A stretch of 64,000 nucleotides of DNA from NCBI GenBank assembly GCA_963665115.1, contig OY762007.1:1696001-1760000 (forward strand), read 5' to 3'. Position 1 is the stretch's first letter. The number at the start of each line of letters is the position of its first letter. This document shows, one piece after another, positions 31,533-42,240 of this stretch. This DNA comes from an uncultured Rivularia sp. Its GTDB lineage: Bacteria > Cyanobacteriota > Cyanobacteriia > Cyanobacteriales > Nostocaceae. The position numbers and the translations under genes were made by a program. The notes under the pieces were generated by a model. That model did no database searches, was not told where the DNA came from, and was given only the letters and a program-made list of their open reading frames with translations.

Positions 31533-31778
31533 TCAAAATTCTATGTCTTCAGAATCTTGATTATTTCTATTTTCTTCAATCATTTGATTAAATTCTTCAG
31601 AATTAACAAGTTTCTCAGTTTCTTCGTTTTCTTTCTCTCGTTCTTCCATTTTTTTCAAATCATCGCTAGTCGGATAATATAGTTGGTCAACATCAAGCTT
31701 ACCTTCTGCCAATAATTCCCCTGATGTCTTGTCTTGATAAGGATTACGAATCGAAATGTATTCTTTCTTTTGAGTCAT
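31533..31778 (-). CDS. Small acidic hypothetical protein
   Basis: AAGGAGG SD; 81 aa. Confidence 0.6.
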   Translation of the reverse strand: MTQKKEYISIRNPYQDKTSGELLAEGKLDVDQLYYPTSDDLKKMEEREKENEETEKLVNSEEFNQMIEENRNNQDSEDIEF

Positions 31779-31827
31779 TTTTACAAATCCTCCTTTTTTT
31801 ATACTGAATTTAATTTAAGCGAAAAGA

Positions 31828-34410
31828 TTAGTAACCATTTTCCACATTATTATCTATTTTTACCGATTGATTTCCAGCAATTCTCGCATAAATAGAAGGT
31901 GCTATCTGCTGAAAGTGTTGAACGTCTGCTTCACTTAAACCATTAGCTTCAATTTCTTCAAGAGTATTACCAATTGACAATGCTTGATACTCCCCATCGG
32001 AATACTTAACTCGCATTTTCGGATTAGATGAACCGTTAGTCCATAAAGTAATTTCTTGCGTTTGTGGATTCCAGCTTACTGTATTTAACTTCCCTGCTAC
32101 CGTTGTTTTATCCTGAGTTGAAAGAAAAGCATGAATAATTGGTGCAACTTCCAATGTACGATTAGCTTGAACTTGTTGTACTAATAAAAACTTATTTTCG
32201 GAAGGCTCATTTTGTTGGATTATACTCCACTCTTGGGGATACTCTACCGTACTCGCATCAATTACAACTTTTGCTGCTGAAGGTGGAGCAGCGGTAATTT
32301 TACCTTTGACGGTGTAACCCTGTATCAGAATATTATGAGCTTTCAATACTGCTGTAAGTTTCTCAAATGATTCGGGTTTTAATTCTCCCAACTTCTTGTC
32401 TTTAATCATTGCAATTCCGATATTTGGTTTCTGAGAATTTTTACTAGGTTTAACGGAAATAGTAACAGTAGCTTGATAACTCTGTTTGTTCCAATCCACA
32501 TCAGCGAAAGCTCCTGATTTTAATTTATTTACCTCGATTGAATTGCCTTTTGTTGTAGTAATAATTACCTGCTGTGCTTTTGCTAATCCTTCGGAAACTT
32601 GTTCGGATGTAATAGTATTATTTAATTCTGACTCCTGTGCTGGAATTAAGTAATCCTGAAAAGCATTTTTTGAACTTTGATTTTCATAATTTAAACGACG
32701 ATTATATTCGCTAAAATCATTTAATAACTCTCGTAAATGTTCCGCTTCTTTGGGCAAATTATCAGAAGCACATCGAGCAAGATTAGCTGATAAATTTGCT
32801 AAAAATGTTCTTTGTTCGTTGGCAGGAATTTGACTACACTCCGATTCAATTGCAATTGCTTTCATCGCTAAGTTAGCCACAATCCCAATGTTGTCATGAG
32901 CAGCTTCCAAAGCTATCTTCTCAAAACTTCCACAGTAAGCTGCTTTTTGAGGTAAAACACTTTCTGGATAACGGTTTTCTGGTTGAGTTTTGAACTGAAT
33001 TTCCTCAGTTGTGCTGGGAAAATCTTGAGCCAATGCAGTTAAAGGTTTATCACCATCGCAGTCACTATTAAGAGCCGTTGCTGTGCGACGATTGAGTTTA
33101 ATACTACCGGGATGGATTTCTTCTCCTTCTAATAAGCGATTCGTAAGTACTGCCATTACGTTGGTATTACCAACTGGGGGACGATGATATAAAACTTTCG
33201 CACCATTGGGTTTAGTGCGATCGCAAATCTCCCAATCTTTCAAGCGGTTGCAAGTCATCAGCATTGATGACTGAAATTTGATAATTCTTCCAGTAGCACA
33301 ATCTCTATATTGTTCTTGAAGATGTTCTGAAAGAAAATTAATAACCTTTGGTGTTTCGATAATTTGCAGATGTCCTTCTAAATCAGCTTTGAGAAGTTGA
33401 TACATTAATTCAGTATCGTTATCTCCAAAAGCTTCGTTAATCACATCTCCAAAATCATCCAAATCAAAATCATGTATTAGCTTACTTCCGGTTTCTCTTT
33501 TAAAATCACCTGCGAGTCTTCTTTCCACCGTTTGAATATAATCTAGTGCAACCTTACGCGGGTCATTCGCAATACTATCTAATTGTGCTAAACGCTCTTG
33601 TACCCTGGGTAAAGCATCATTTTTTGCACCTTCAGACAATCCTACCCAATACTGAGCGCCCGTTGCAGCTTCTACGGTGCGAGCATTTTCGCGATTACCA
33701 ATACCGATTGTAAGAGTGTATTCTCCCGGTTCCACTTCTGTTTGTCGATTAATTCGTATCCCGGTTTTCTCATTGTAGAGTTTATTTTTGCGTCCCTTAC
33801 CCAATTGAGATTTAGAAAGCACCAAATCATAACCGCTTCCGATACTAGAAAGATTAACTGGTGCTAAAGTACCTTTTATTGTTTGGTTAGCGTTGATTCC
33901 CTCCTGGGACTTAATAATTCCTCTTACCTGGAACTGAGCAGAAGGAATATTACCTAACTTTTCGTGCAATTTATGGTCAATCCGTCCATCTCCATCTCCC
34001 ACAAGTAACAAAGCCTGTTCTTCTGGTAAAACCCCACCACACTTCCCAGTTTCATCATCTACAATCAACACTTTAATATCTTCGACTTCAGCAAAATACT
34101 CGCATTCGCCAAATAGTAAAGAACCATATGCAGAACCGAAATGTGGCTCGTCAAAAATTTGTAACCGTAATCCTGGTTTATCGGAGAAATATAATCGGTC
34201 TTTTTTGGAAAACTGAAGATACTTATCCTGATGTTTCGTTAAATCATCCTCAGTTGAAATTCCAGGATAAACAATGCCGATACTCCACTTAACATCATTA
34301 CCATAAAGATACTCCGCAGCAGTATTTTCCAAAGTCTCGATTAAAGGTTTACCATCAACTTCGATGGGTTTACCTGTTTTGGTACAGAAATATTCTAGAG
34401 CTATTGACAT
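31828..34410 (-). CDS. Two-barrel (RdRP/YonO-like) single-subunit RNA polymerase homolog
   Basis: GDGDGRI, FQVR, IKGTL, YHRPP, NSDCDGD and IGIVAN motifs in the order seen in cellular RdRP-like enzymes. Confidence 0.7.
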   Translation of the reverse strand: MSIALEYFCTKTGKPIEVDGKPLIETLENTAAEYLYGNDVKWSIGIVYPGISTEDDLTKHQDKYLQFSKKDRLYFSDKPGLRLQIFDEPHFGSAYGSLLFGECEYFAEVEDIKVLIVDDETGKCGGVLPEEQALLLVGDGDGRIDHKLHEKLGNIPSAQFQVRGIIKSQEGINANQTIKGTLAPVNLSSIGSGYDLVLSKSQLGKGRKNKLYNEKTGIRINRQTEVEPGEYTLTIGIGNRENARTVEAATGAQYWVGLSEGAKNDALPRVQERLAQLDSIANDPRKVALDYIQTVERRLAGDFKRETGSKLIHDFDLDDFGDVINEAFGDNDTELMYQLLKADLEGHLQIIETPKVINFLSEHLQEQYRDCATGRIIKFQSSMLMTCNRLKDWEICDRTKPNGAKVLYHRPPVGNTNVMAVLTNRLLEGEEIHPGSIKLNRRTATALNSDCDGDKPLTALAQDFPSTTEEIQFKTQPENRYPESVLPQKAAYCGSFEKIALEAAHDNIGIVANLAMKAIAIESECSQIPANEQRTFLANLSANLARCASDNLPKEAEHLRELLNDFSEYNRRLNYENQSSKNAFQDYLIPAQESELNNTITSEQVSEGLAKAQQVIITTTKGNSIEVNKLKSGAFADVDWNKQSYQATVTISVKPSKNSQKPNIGIAMIKDKKLGELKPESFEKLTAVLKAHNILIQGYTVKGKITAAPPSAAKVVIDASTVEYPQEWSIIQQNEPSENKFLLVQQVQANRTLEVAPIIHAFLSTQDKTTVAGKLNTVSWNPQTQEITLWTNGSSNPKMRVKYSDGEYQALSIGNTLEEIEANGLSEADVQHFQQIAPSIYARIAGNQSVKIDNNVENGY

Positions 34411-34469
34411 TAACTAAACCTCTGCTGGCTGCTCCCTACCCCCTGCCTCATATTACGGTTCTTGTAAGC

Positions 34470-34795
34470 AAACAATAAAGTTGTAAACTGGCAGGCATCC
34501 TAAAGCCTTGATATTACGTTGACATTTACAATTTTACTCAAAATAAAGTTGTAAACTGTTTGGGTGTAAAACTGTTGGTTAATAAGAAACCGTAAACAAT
34601 AAAGTTTATTACTGTCACATTAATTATTAGCTCAAAACCAGAAGAGTTTTTACTAAAAAACGGTTAACAAGTCTCAAAAGTTATAGTTCAAGATTCTTTC
34701 TCCAAATCAAATCCCGATTCCTATATGTGACAGTTAGTTTATGACTTTACGACCTAGTTTACGAGTTTACGTCTTAGTAATAAACTTTATTGTTT
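34470..34795. promoter_or_regulatory. Cluster of direct and inverted repeats (candidate origin or operator)
   Basis: AATAAAGTTGTAAACTG twice; perfect 20-bp inverted repeat 34594-34613/34776-34795. Confidence 0.5.
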
Positions 34796-34799
34796 GGGT

Positions 34800-35525
34800 T
34801 CAATCTACGAACTTACGCTTTGTCGGTGGAGTAGCCCAAATAACACAATGTCCAGACTTTGCTTTACGTCCGTACTGGGATAAAATCACACCCAATCTTT
34901 GAGCATCTTTGACGCATTCCCCGTTGTCCAAATAACCTCTGTTCCAATCAATCAAATTTCTAGCAAATTTTCCTTCCTTAGAAATCGCCCATTTCATTGC
35001 TTCCAACTCATCCCAGGTCAAAGTACTTGATTGCACCTTTGTATATCCACCACTTATCATCCCAGCAATCCAGGGAGGCGTTAAAATTCCCATGATTGCA
35101 CCGACTCCCAGGGTGAAAAATAATAATAAACTTGCCGGAAGTACAGAAGTTAAAAGTTTTCGGCTTTCTGTAAACTGTGCTTTGCGAATCAGAGCGTGAG
35201 CGGCTCTATCAATAGCAACTTTCTGACGTAATACCGTAACTTTTTCCACTTCTTGCAAGTTGCGAGCCAAATCTTGATTCCAGGTTTCAAACAACAGTTG
35301 CAAAACGGACGGCGCATTTGTCAACATTGCTTCTAATTGTCCGGTAGCTACCAAAATTAGAAACAAAGGGTCATCTTGAGATAAACCACAGCTTACAGCA
35401 AAACTCAATACCTGCTTTTTAAACTCTTCGCTTTTACCATTTAGAGCTTCAGCCAAAAACTTATTAACTTGGTCATTTTCTTCCCGATTTGAGTTTTTAT
35501 CGCTGGGAGCAACTTCCTGTGTCAT
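34800..35525 (-). CDS. DUF6753-like membrane protein partnered with the MobD-like ATPase
   Basis: GLSQDDPLFLILVATGQL and WAISKEGKFARNL motifs. Confidence 0.65.
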   Translation of the reverse strand: MTQEVAPSDKNSNREENDQVNKFLAEALNGKSEEFKKQVLSFAVSCGLSQDDPLFLILVATGQLEAMLTNAPSVLQLLFETWNQDLARNLQEVEKVTVLRQKVAIDRAAHALIRKAQFTESRKLLTSVLPASLLLFFTLGVGAIMGILTPPWIAGMISGGYTKVQSSTLTWDELEAMKWAISKEGKFARNLIDWNRGYLDNGECVKDAQRLGVILSQYGRKAKSGHCVIWATPPTKRKFVD

Positions 35526-36553
35526 TTAACCAATCCCGTTTCGGCGAACGCTGTATGAACTTCTGCAAGAAAATTCTTGACTCGCTGTCTCGATATCACC
35601 TTTATTTCAGGATGAGAGAGCGCACTATTAAAAGTAATCCCTAATCGATCAATCACATTTCGTTCCCAGAATGGAAACTTGGGGAAATTCATCTCTTTAA
35701 ATTTATGATTCTCTTTAGCAGTGAGAAAATCTGGCATTTCATCTACATAATCCCACTCCGAGCATAATCCCAAATTTTTCACAAATACATGAGTTACTCT
35801 ATCTCCCAAATCATTCAGAGATTTGATAAAGAAATCAACAGAATCTACACCTCCCGTACATACAAACCATTTCACAAAAGTAATTTGATATTCCTTACCT
35901 ATCTCATCCAAATCATTTGTTTTTATCCAGTCAGTCACCTTTGAATAAACTTGAGCGGGTAAATTGACAATCACTGATTTTTCAAATGCTAAATCAAAAA
36001 TGTGGTCGGCTTGATTGGCTTTTTTATCATCATCGCTAAAGAAAGCAGAATGTACGTTATCATAAATCTGAGAAATATCTTCGTTGCTTTTATCTGCATC
36101 AACAATTGCTACTTTATGCTTTATTGAAGCGCAATATTCTATTAATGCTCTACTAACAAATGACTTGCCCGCGCCTCCTTTTTCACCGTCTATGATATGA
36201 ATAGTTGTGGGAATTTTGACTAATTTTTCTTGATTGCTAGCAGTATTATTTGTGTTAGTAGGTATTGGAGCGGTAGTTACAGGTTTATCTTCATCTGTAT
36301 TTGATTGTAATAATTCTGTATGGGGTAAACTTGAATCACCCTCTAATTCTTTTGCCCAATCTTGAGCAGAAGTTTCACTAGATGAATTCATCCCATTTTT
36401 AGTATTTGAATTTTCAGGAGCAGAATATTTTTCTTGCATGGTTATAGATGTACCTTGTGAGTTATTATTTGAAGCACTAGAAAAATTAGTGTTTTTCTTT
36501 GGTCTACCTCTCTTTCTTTTTTCTGGTTGTTGATTTTCTGCTGTATCGCTCAT
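35522..36553 (-). CDS. MobD-like / ParA-MinD superfamily ATPase
   Basis: Deviant Walker A IDGEKGGAGKS; IVNLPAQ. Confidence 0.8.
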   Translation of the reverse strand: MSDTAENQQPEKRKRGRPKKNTNFSSASNNNSQGTSITMQEKYSAPENSNTKNGMNSSSETSAQDWAKELEGDSSLPHTELLQSNTDEDKPVTTAPIPTNTNNTASNQEKLVKIPTTIHIIDGEKGGAGKSFVSRALIEYCASIKHKVAIVDADKSNEDISQIYDNVHSAFFSDDDKKANQADHIFDLAFEKSVIVNLPAQVYSKVTDWIKTNDLDEIGKEYQITFVKWFVCTGGVDSVDFFIKSLNDLGDRVTHVFVKNLGLCSEWDYVDEMPDFLTAKENHKFKEMNFPKFPFWERNVIDRLGITFNSALSHPEIKVISRQRVKNFLAEVHTAFAETGLVK

Positions 36554-36583
36554 TTGATAAACCTCTGCTTAAGTAACAACAAT

Positions 36584-37024
36584 TTATTCAGAAAACGAAC
36601 CCAGACTTCCCCATTCCCCATTCCCTACTTCCACTTCTAACTGTCCGACAAGCTTTGTTTCATTTTTATAAGAAATATTAGAACTGTTTTCAGCTTTAAC
36701 TTCATTTGATTTATTAGTTTGAGCTAAATTCCCATCACTCATAAGTAAGTTATAGAACCGCTCTAATCCTAAAGATGAGCAAATATAATCAGCGTGAAGC
36801 AATAACTCCCTAACCGCATCTCTACCTAATTGTTGTTTAATATTCAAAGGAGTTACATCATCTTCAAGTAACACTAAAGGCAACCAGTAAGGACGAATTG
36901 CCTGCATTATCAAAGCATTAGCAGAATTCAATTGGTAATGTCTCAGATAATTTAAAACTTTTTCTTCTGGAGTTCCGACAAAAGGTTGAAATCTGATGCT
37001 GTAGTCAACTCTTCGTTTCTTCAA
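36584..37024 (-). CDS. Hypothetical protein, possible ParR-type partner
   Basis: Directly downstream of parM. Confidence 0.5.
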   Translation of the reverse strand: MKKRRVDYSIRFQPFVGTPEEKVLNYLRHYQLNSANALIMQAIRPYWLPLVLLEDDVTPLNIKQQLGRDAVRELLLHADYICSSLGLERFYNLLMSDGNLAQTNKSNEVKAENSSNISYKNETKLVGQLEVEVGNGEWGSLGSFSE

Positions 37025-37025
37025 C

Positions 37026-38160
37026 TTATGCTACCTCAGCAACCGAATTTGAACCAGACATGAAATACAAAAACATTCCATAAGCATCTGTAAGTCTCGT
37101 TCCTAATTTGTACGTATCTACAGCATCGGGAACCACAACCCCACCGTGCCAAATGCAAGGTGTAGCAGAATAACGAGAATTGAGTTCTTTCTTCAAATAA
37201 TCTGCTGTACCTCCACAAAATACTATTTCGTCAATATCGCGAGGAACTACATTGCTTAACCAGGATATTAGCGTTGCGATATAAAGATTTCTCGCTTCTT
37301 TTATTGCCGTTACCAGTGCTGCTACTTCCTCATTGCGAGCTGCAACCGTAGTGCTACGAGTTAACTTATACAAAGGGACTAGGGCTGATATCGTACCCGC
37401 TCGCAACTATAGCTCTACATAAATCAGATTCAGATAATCCACTGGTTTTAGTCATAACGGTTTCTATCATCCGCACCATACCTAAATCCGAAGTTTTACC
37501 GCTGTCTAATGCTCCCCGATAGCTTACCAAAACTGAAGCATTGCGATATCCAATCATGATTATTGCGCTTTTGCGTTGCCCAATCTCTACCCCTACTCGT
37601 TTTGAATGAAGTAGAAATACTCCCGCACCTTCTGGATAACAATTAAATCGTCCCAACTCCAGTGACATATCTCCTGAAGGGGTTTCAAAGTTTTTGAGAA
37701 GGGAGCGCAGAATATTTTCAAATTTCTTTCTGGATTCATATTCATTAGCTGGAAGCAATACACACAAATCGAATTTGAAACAATTGCTCAACTTCAGCTT
37801 TTGCGCTAAAACCCAAACACTTGCCAAAGCTTTGTATAAACCTCGTTCGTACTTAAGCTCTTTCAATCCAGCATTTGCATAAAAGCGCGATGCAGCTAAG
37901 TATCCAACCGCTGCATACTTTCCTCCAAATCCCACCCAAGCAGCATTTGTAGGTTCGCATACTCCTAAATTATTTTGTAATAAGTCATCAATAGCAGCTT
38001 TGGGTACTGCAATTACTTCCGGTTCCATAAATAAACTCCCAATTTTACCGTCAGTGCTTGTATAAATTGCTTTCAAACCGCTACCACCAATATCAGCCGC
38101 GAGAGTTAATTGAACCGGAGTACTATTTTTTTGTTCTGTTTTTCGATTATTTTTACCCAT
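37026..38160 (-). pseudogene. parM: ParM/StbA actin-like segregation ATPase with one +1 frameshift near 37375
   Basis: DIGGSGLK, PEGAG, MIGYRN and FCGGTA motifs. Confidence 0.85.
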
Positions 38161-39102
38161 GTTTTATGAAAAATAAATTGCAAGTAAATTTCGAGGATGA
38201 ATTGAGTAAGTTGTAAGGAATAAATGAGGGATTCATAATTTTATCTAATACCCTTTTTCGGATAAATTACCTCCTATATTCCTCACCAAATCCTCATTAC
38301 ATAGTTTTTGTTAATCACTTCCTTACAACATCGTTATAGCAATACTTTGAGTTTTTAATTAGCCACATTTTGAGGGCTGAATTCAGCGTAATTCGGCTGC
38401 AATTAAATAACCAAATTACCCACCTGTGTTTACTGCGCTCCGAAAATATTCCAGCCTGTTGATAAGTTCATTTGTAAACACACTACACATTTTTTTATTT
38501 GCGGCTTGAATAATTATTGCGTTGAAATTAAACCCCAGTTTTCGTTCAATAAATTTCTTTCAAGCGTCTTACTAGAATGGGTATTAACAATGCTTATCAC
38601 TCTAAATAACAAATCAAGTGAGATTGATTCGTAGTTAGCAATTTTAATTTTCAACATTTTTAATTCTTGATAACTTTAACAATCTTTCTATTTAGTAACG
38701 AATGAGGGGTAGAAGCGGCAATCTAGCAATAGGAAGATTCTTTTTTCTCGAATTTACAGCAAAATTCTATCGTATTAAAATTTATTTTTGATTTAAATAG
38801 AAGAAATATTTAATAAAATACTGTAGCTATTGCTATGAATAAATCTCAAGCATATAAAGGAGGAAAATATGGCTGTGTATAATTACATTAATTTAAAACA
38901 GTGAATGCTAAAAATAGTACATAAGCGTTACTTTTAAATGAGCCAAACCAAGAGTAAATACATAGAGTATATGTAATTTATAAATGTAGTTTTCAATTCA
39001 TACGTAAGGTGAAAATCTTGTTTTAAGGGTAAAATTTAGTGGCATCTACTGCGTAAATTCAAAAACTTTGCTTCCGAATAACGTATTATTTTATGAGGTG
39101 AC

Positions 39103-39738
39103 ATGATGTTTGCTGTTGTCACGCCCAAAGAAATTCATTTACCCCCTGGAACGGTTTTAAAATTACCTGGTAGTTGGGATGAGTATCAATCCCTATCCGC
39201 ACAACTAGGGGACCGTTCTTCTCCTCGCATCAAATATCGACCTGGAGAAATTCTGTTGATGGCACCGCTACCAGAACACGGACGCAAAGCTAGCTTAATT
39301 GCTGATGTGGTTAAAGTTTTGCTCGATTATTTAGAGCAGGAATACGAGTCATTTACCCCAATTACAATGCAATTATCTTCCATAAGTGGTATCGAGCGGG
39401 ATTACTGCTTTTATATTGATAATTGGATGGCGATCGCCGGAAAAGATAGAATTGATTGGAGTGTTGAACCACCTCCGGATTTAGCAATCGAAGTAGACGT
39501 AACAAGTTACACGGATATAAACGATTATCTACCTTACCGCGTTCCGGAAGTTTGCTTGTTTAAAAAGAACCAGCTAAAAATTTACGGTTTGGAAGATGAT
39601 GAATATGTCAAAAAAACTAACAGTCGTTATTTCCCAGATATCAATATTTTAGAAATTGTCAATGAATGTTTCCGAATAGCTTACGAGCGAAATACTAGCG
39701 CTGCAATTCGAGATTTGAGACGCAAATTAAATTCATAA
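39103..39738 (+). CDS. Uma2/DUF820 family endonuclease-like protein
   Basis: MAPLPEH, PPDLAIEVD and VPEV motifs. Confidence 0.9.
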   Translation: MMFAVVTPKEIHLPPGTVLKLPGSWDEYQSLSAQLGDRSSPRIKYRPGEILLMAPLPEHGRKASLIADVVKVLLDYLEQEYESFTPITMQLSSISGIERDYCFYIDNWMAIAGKDRIDWSVEPPPDLAIEVDVTSYTDINDYLPYRVPEVCLFKKNQLKIYGLEDDEYVKKTNSRYFPDINILEIVNECFRIAYERNTSAAIRDLRRKLNS

Positions 39739-39762
39739 GAAGATAAAAACTAACGAAAAGCG

Positions 39763-41382
39763 ATGATACCGCTAGCCGTCTGTAAAATCCAGAAAATCAA
39801 AAGCTGGGGAATGCTCAAGGGTAATGAAGCTCATACCGCACGAGAAAGAGATACCCCCAATGCAAACCCAGAAGTAACCAATATACGAATTATTGGTGAT
39901 TCTTCCAATTTAGATTTAGCAACTTTAGTAAGACATGCAATCGGTTCGCAGAAAATCCGCTCAAATGCTGTTCTTGCAGTAGAAATGTTGCTCAGTGCAA
40001 GTGCTTCCTATTTCCGTCCCAATGCACCTCAAGAAGCAGGAGCTTATGACAAACAGCGTTTAGATAATTTTGTAGAAGCAACAGTTAATTGGTTACATTC
40101 TTCTTGGGAAGAACGAGTAGTTAGAGCAGAGTTACATCTTGACGAAATTACACCTCATATTCACGCTTACATTGTGCCGTTAGACGAGAGAGGTAAACTC
40201 AACTGTCGGGCATTGTTTGGTGGAAAAATTAAACTATCAGAATTGCAAGATAGTTTCGGAAGGGCTGTTGAACATCTAGGTATCTCTCGCGGGATTAAAG
40301 GCAGCAAAGCGACTTACACCACGCTCAAAAAATACTATGCTGCCGTTAATCAAGATTCCCAACTTATAAATTTAGAACGCTTTCTTCCTAAAGTTAAGAT
40401 GTCTGAATCTAGTGAGGAATACCGACAGCGAATAATTCAAATTTTGAATCCTGAGTTTGAAATAATTAATTACCAACTCAATCAACGCTCGCATTTGCTC
40501 AATAAATTTAATGAGTTAAAGCGAACTGCAACACACAGCGAAAAACTTCGCCAAGAATTAGAGTCAGAATTACAAATCCTTAAAACAACTATTAAACGTG
40601 AAGAATTGCCTTTAGGCTTGGTTGCTTACGAATTAGGGATGAATCTAGATAATCAATGGTTATCAAAAACTAACGCTATTGACTTAGTGATGCGAGTCAA
40701 TCAGTGCAAATTTGATGATGCACTTATCTGGTTGCGAGATAAATTTGGAAAGGAACAAATGCTAGCTGCGGTAACTAATCAAGTAGCTAGTAGAGCCTTG
40801 AACATTGCATATCAACATCCTACAAAAGTTTTCGTACCACCAGTACCCGATAAAAGTCTTTGGAAAGAAGTTGAGAAATATTTCCAAAACCATTATTGTA
40901 TTCCCCACAAATTGACACAAACGCTCAATCAGCGAACTTTGCTATATGCAGATAGCAATAATAATGCAGTATTCCTAGCACGAAATCTTTCTTTTGAAAT
41001 TACCGGAGCTTACCTACACTCATTAAAAACCACCGCGAATACTTTCAGTTTATATCCTGGAAGTCAACGTTCTGGTGGTTGGTTTCATCTGAGCATGGGA
41101 AGAACCTCAAATAATCCTATAACAGCAGCAATCTTAACTGCTTCACCAATTGAATCATTGTCTCTAGCAATATTAAACGCTCCTCATACAAATAGAACTC
41201 TTTATTTGTCCATTGACAAGATTCATTCAAATAGTCTTCCAGAGCAGCACATTCCTATACCTGTGCAATTTTTGAAGACTGTACCAAATGTAGCTATTGC
41301 TATCCCCGATAAAAATGTAGCAGCCATTCAAAAGCTTTTACCTCATTCAACCAAATTACAGCCAAGAAACTACTTGGAATAA
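39763..41382 (+). CDS. MobV (Pre/Mob) family relaxase
   Basis: HTARERDTPNA, RSNAVLAVE and HLDEITPHIH motifs. Confidence 0.9.
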   Translation: MIPLAVCKIQKIKSWGMLKGNEAHTARERDTPNANPEVTNIRIIGDSSNLDLATLVRHAIGSQKIRSNAVLAVEMLLSASASYFRPNAPQEAGAYDKQRLDNFVEATVNWLHSSWEERVVRAELHLDEITPHIHAYIVPLDERGKLNCRALFGGKIKLSELQDSFGRAVEHLGISRGIKGSKATYTTLKKYYAAVNQDSQLINLERFLPKVKMSESSEEYRQRIIQILNPEFEIINYQLNQRSHLLNKFNELKRTATHSEKLRQELESELQILKTTIKREELPLGLVAYELGMNLDNQWLSKTNAIDLVMRVNQCKFDDALIWLRDKFGKEQMLAAVTNQVASRALNIAYQHPTKVFVPPVPDKSLWKEVEKYFQNHYCIPHKLTQTLNQRTLLYADSNNNAVFLARNLSFEITGAYLHSLKTTANTFSLYPGSQRSGGWFHLSMGRTSNNPITAAILTASPIESLSLAILNAPHTNRTLYLSIDKIHSNSLPEQHIPIPVQFLKTVPNVAIAIPDKNVAAIQKLLPHSTKLQPRNYLE

Positions 41383-41414
41383 AGAGCTACAACAACGTCA
41401 AGGAGTTAAAAACT

Positions 41415-41894
41415 ATGCCACGTTGGAATAGAGAACGTAATGAAATGACAATATTGTCATTCTTGATGAGCAATAATCCCTTATCCTACATATTAGGATT
41501 TGCTTTGTTAGGAGTGATAATAGGTGTTGACCTTTGGTTCAAATCGGTAACGGAGAATTTTCAAAAACCCGAGAATAAGAAGCAACCTGAAACAGCACAA
41601 GAATATGTTGAACGGGGTTATGAACTGATGAATGAAATATCACCATTTCAACAAAATAAAAATGCACAGCATCTAGCTAATTGCAAGAACGCACAAAAAT
41701 CGTTTAAAAAAGCAATTTCTCTTGATTCTGACATCGCTTTAGGCTACCAAGGGCAAGGTATGAGTCTAATTTGCCAGAAAAATATCGCAGAAGGCAAAAA
41801 ATCTATTCGCCATGCTAAAACACTTTATTTACAGCAAGGTAAAAAGCAAGAAGCTAAAAATATAGATTTAATTTTGAAATACACTAATAATTGA
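41415..41894 (+). CDS. Membrane-anchored TPR-like protein
   Basis: N-terminal transmembrane segment; AQEYVERG...FKKAISLD. Confidence 0.65.
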   Translation: MPRWNRERNEMTILSFLMSNNPLSYILGFALLGVIIGVDLWFKSVTENFQKPENKKQPETAQEYVERGYELMNEISPFQQNKNAQHLANCKNAQKSFKKAISLDSDIALGYQGQGMSLICQKNIAEGKKSIRHAKTLYLQQGKKQEAKNIDLILKYTNN

Positions 41895-42240
41895 GGTTTT
41901 ACTATATTAACGGTCGATAGCTATTGAAGGGATTAATAGTTATTGACCGTTGTTTTGTCTTTTATCACATCAAATGTGTGTCAAAATAGGTCAAAAAATA
42001 TTTATTTTGAAAGTAAAAATATAAATAATAAATCGAAGTGTAATATTTAAACATTTATGTAGTATTGGTTTATTCATATTAACTTAAGCTACAGTTAAGT
42101 CAGTGTTTAATAGCATATCAAAAGCTAATTTTTTCTGATTCGTGTTGCTGACAACGACAAATATAAAATCAACAAAATTTGAAATAATATAAACGGGTGT
42201 ATCTACTAAGAAACAGTAAGAGAGGATAACAATCTAGTTA

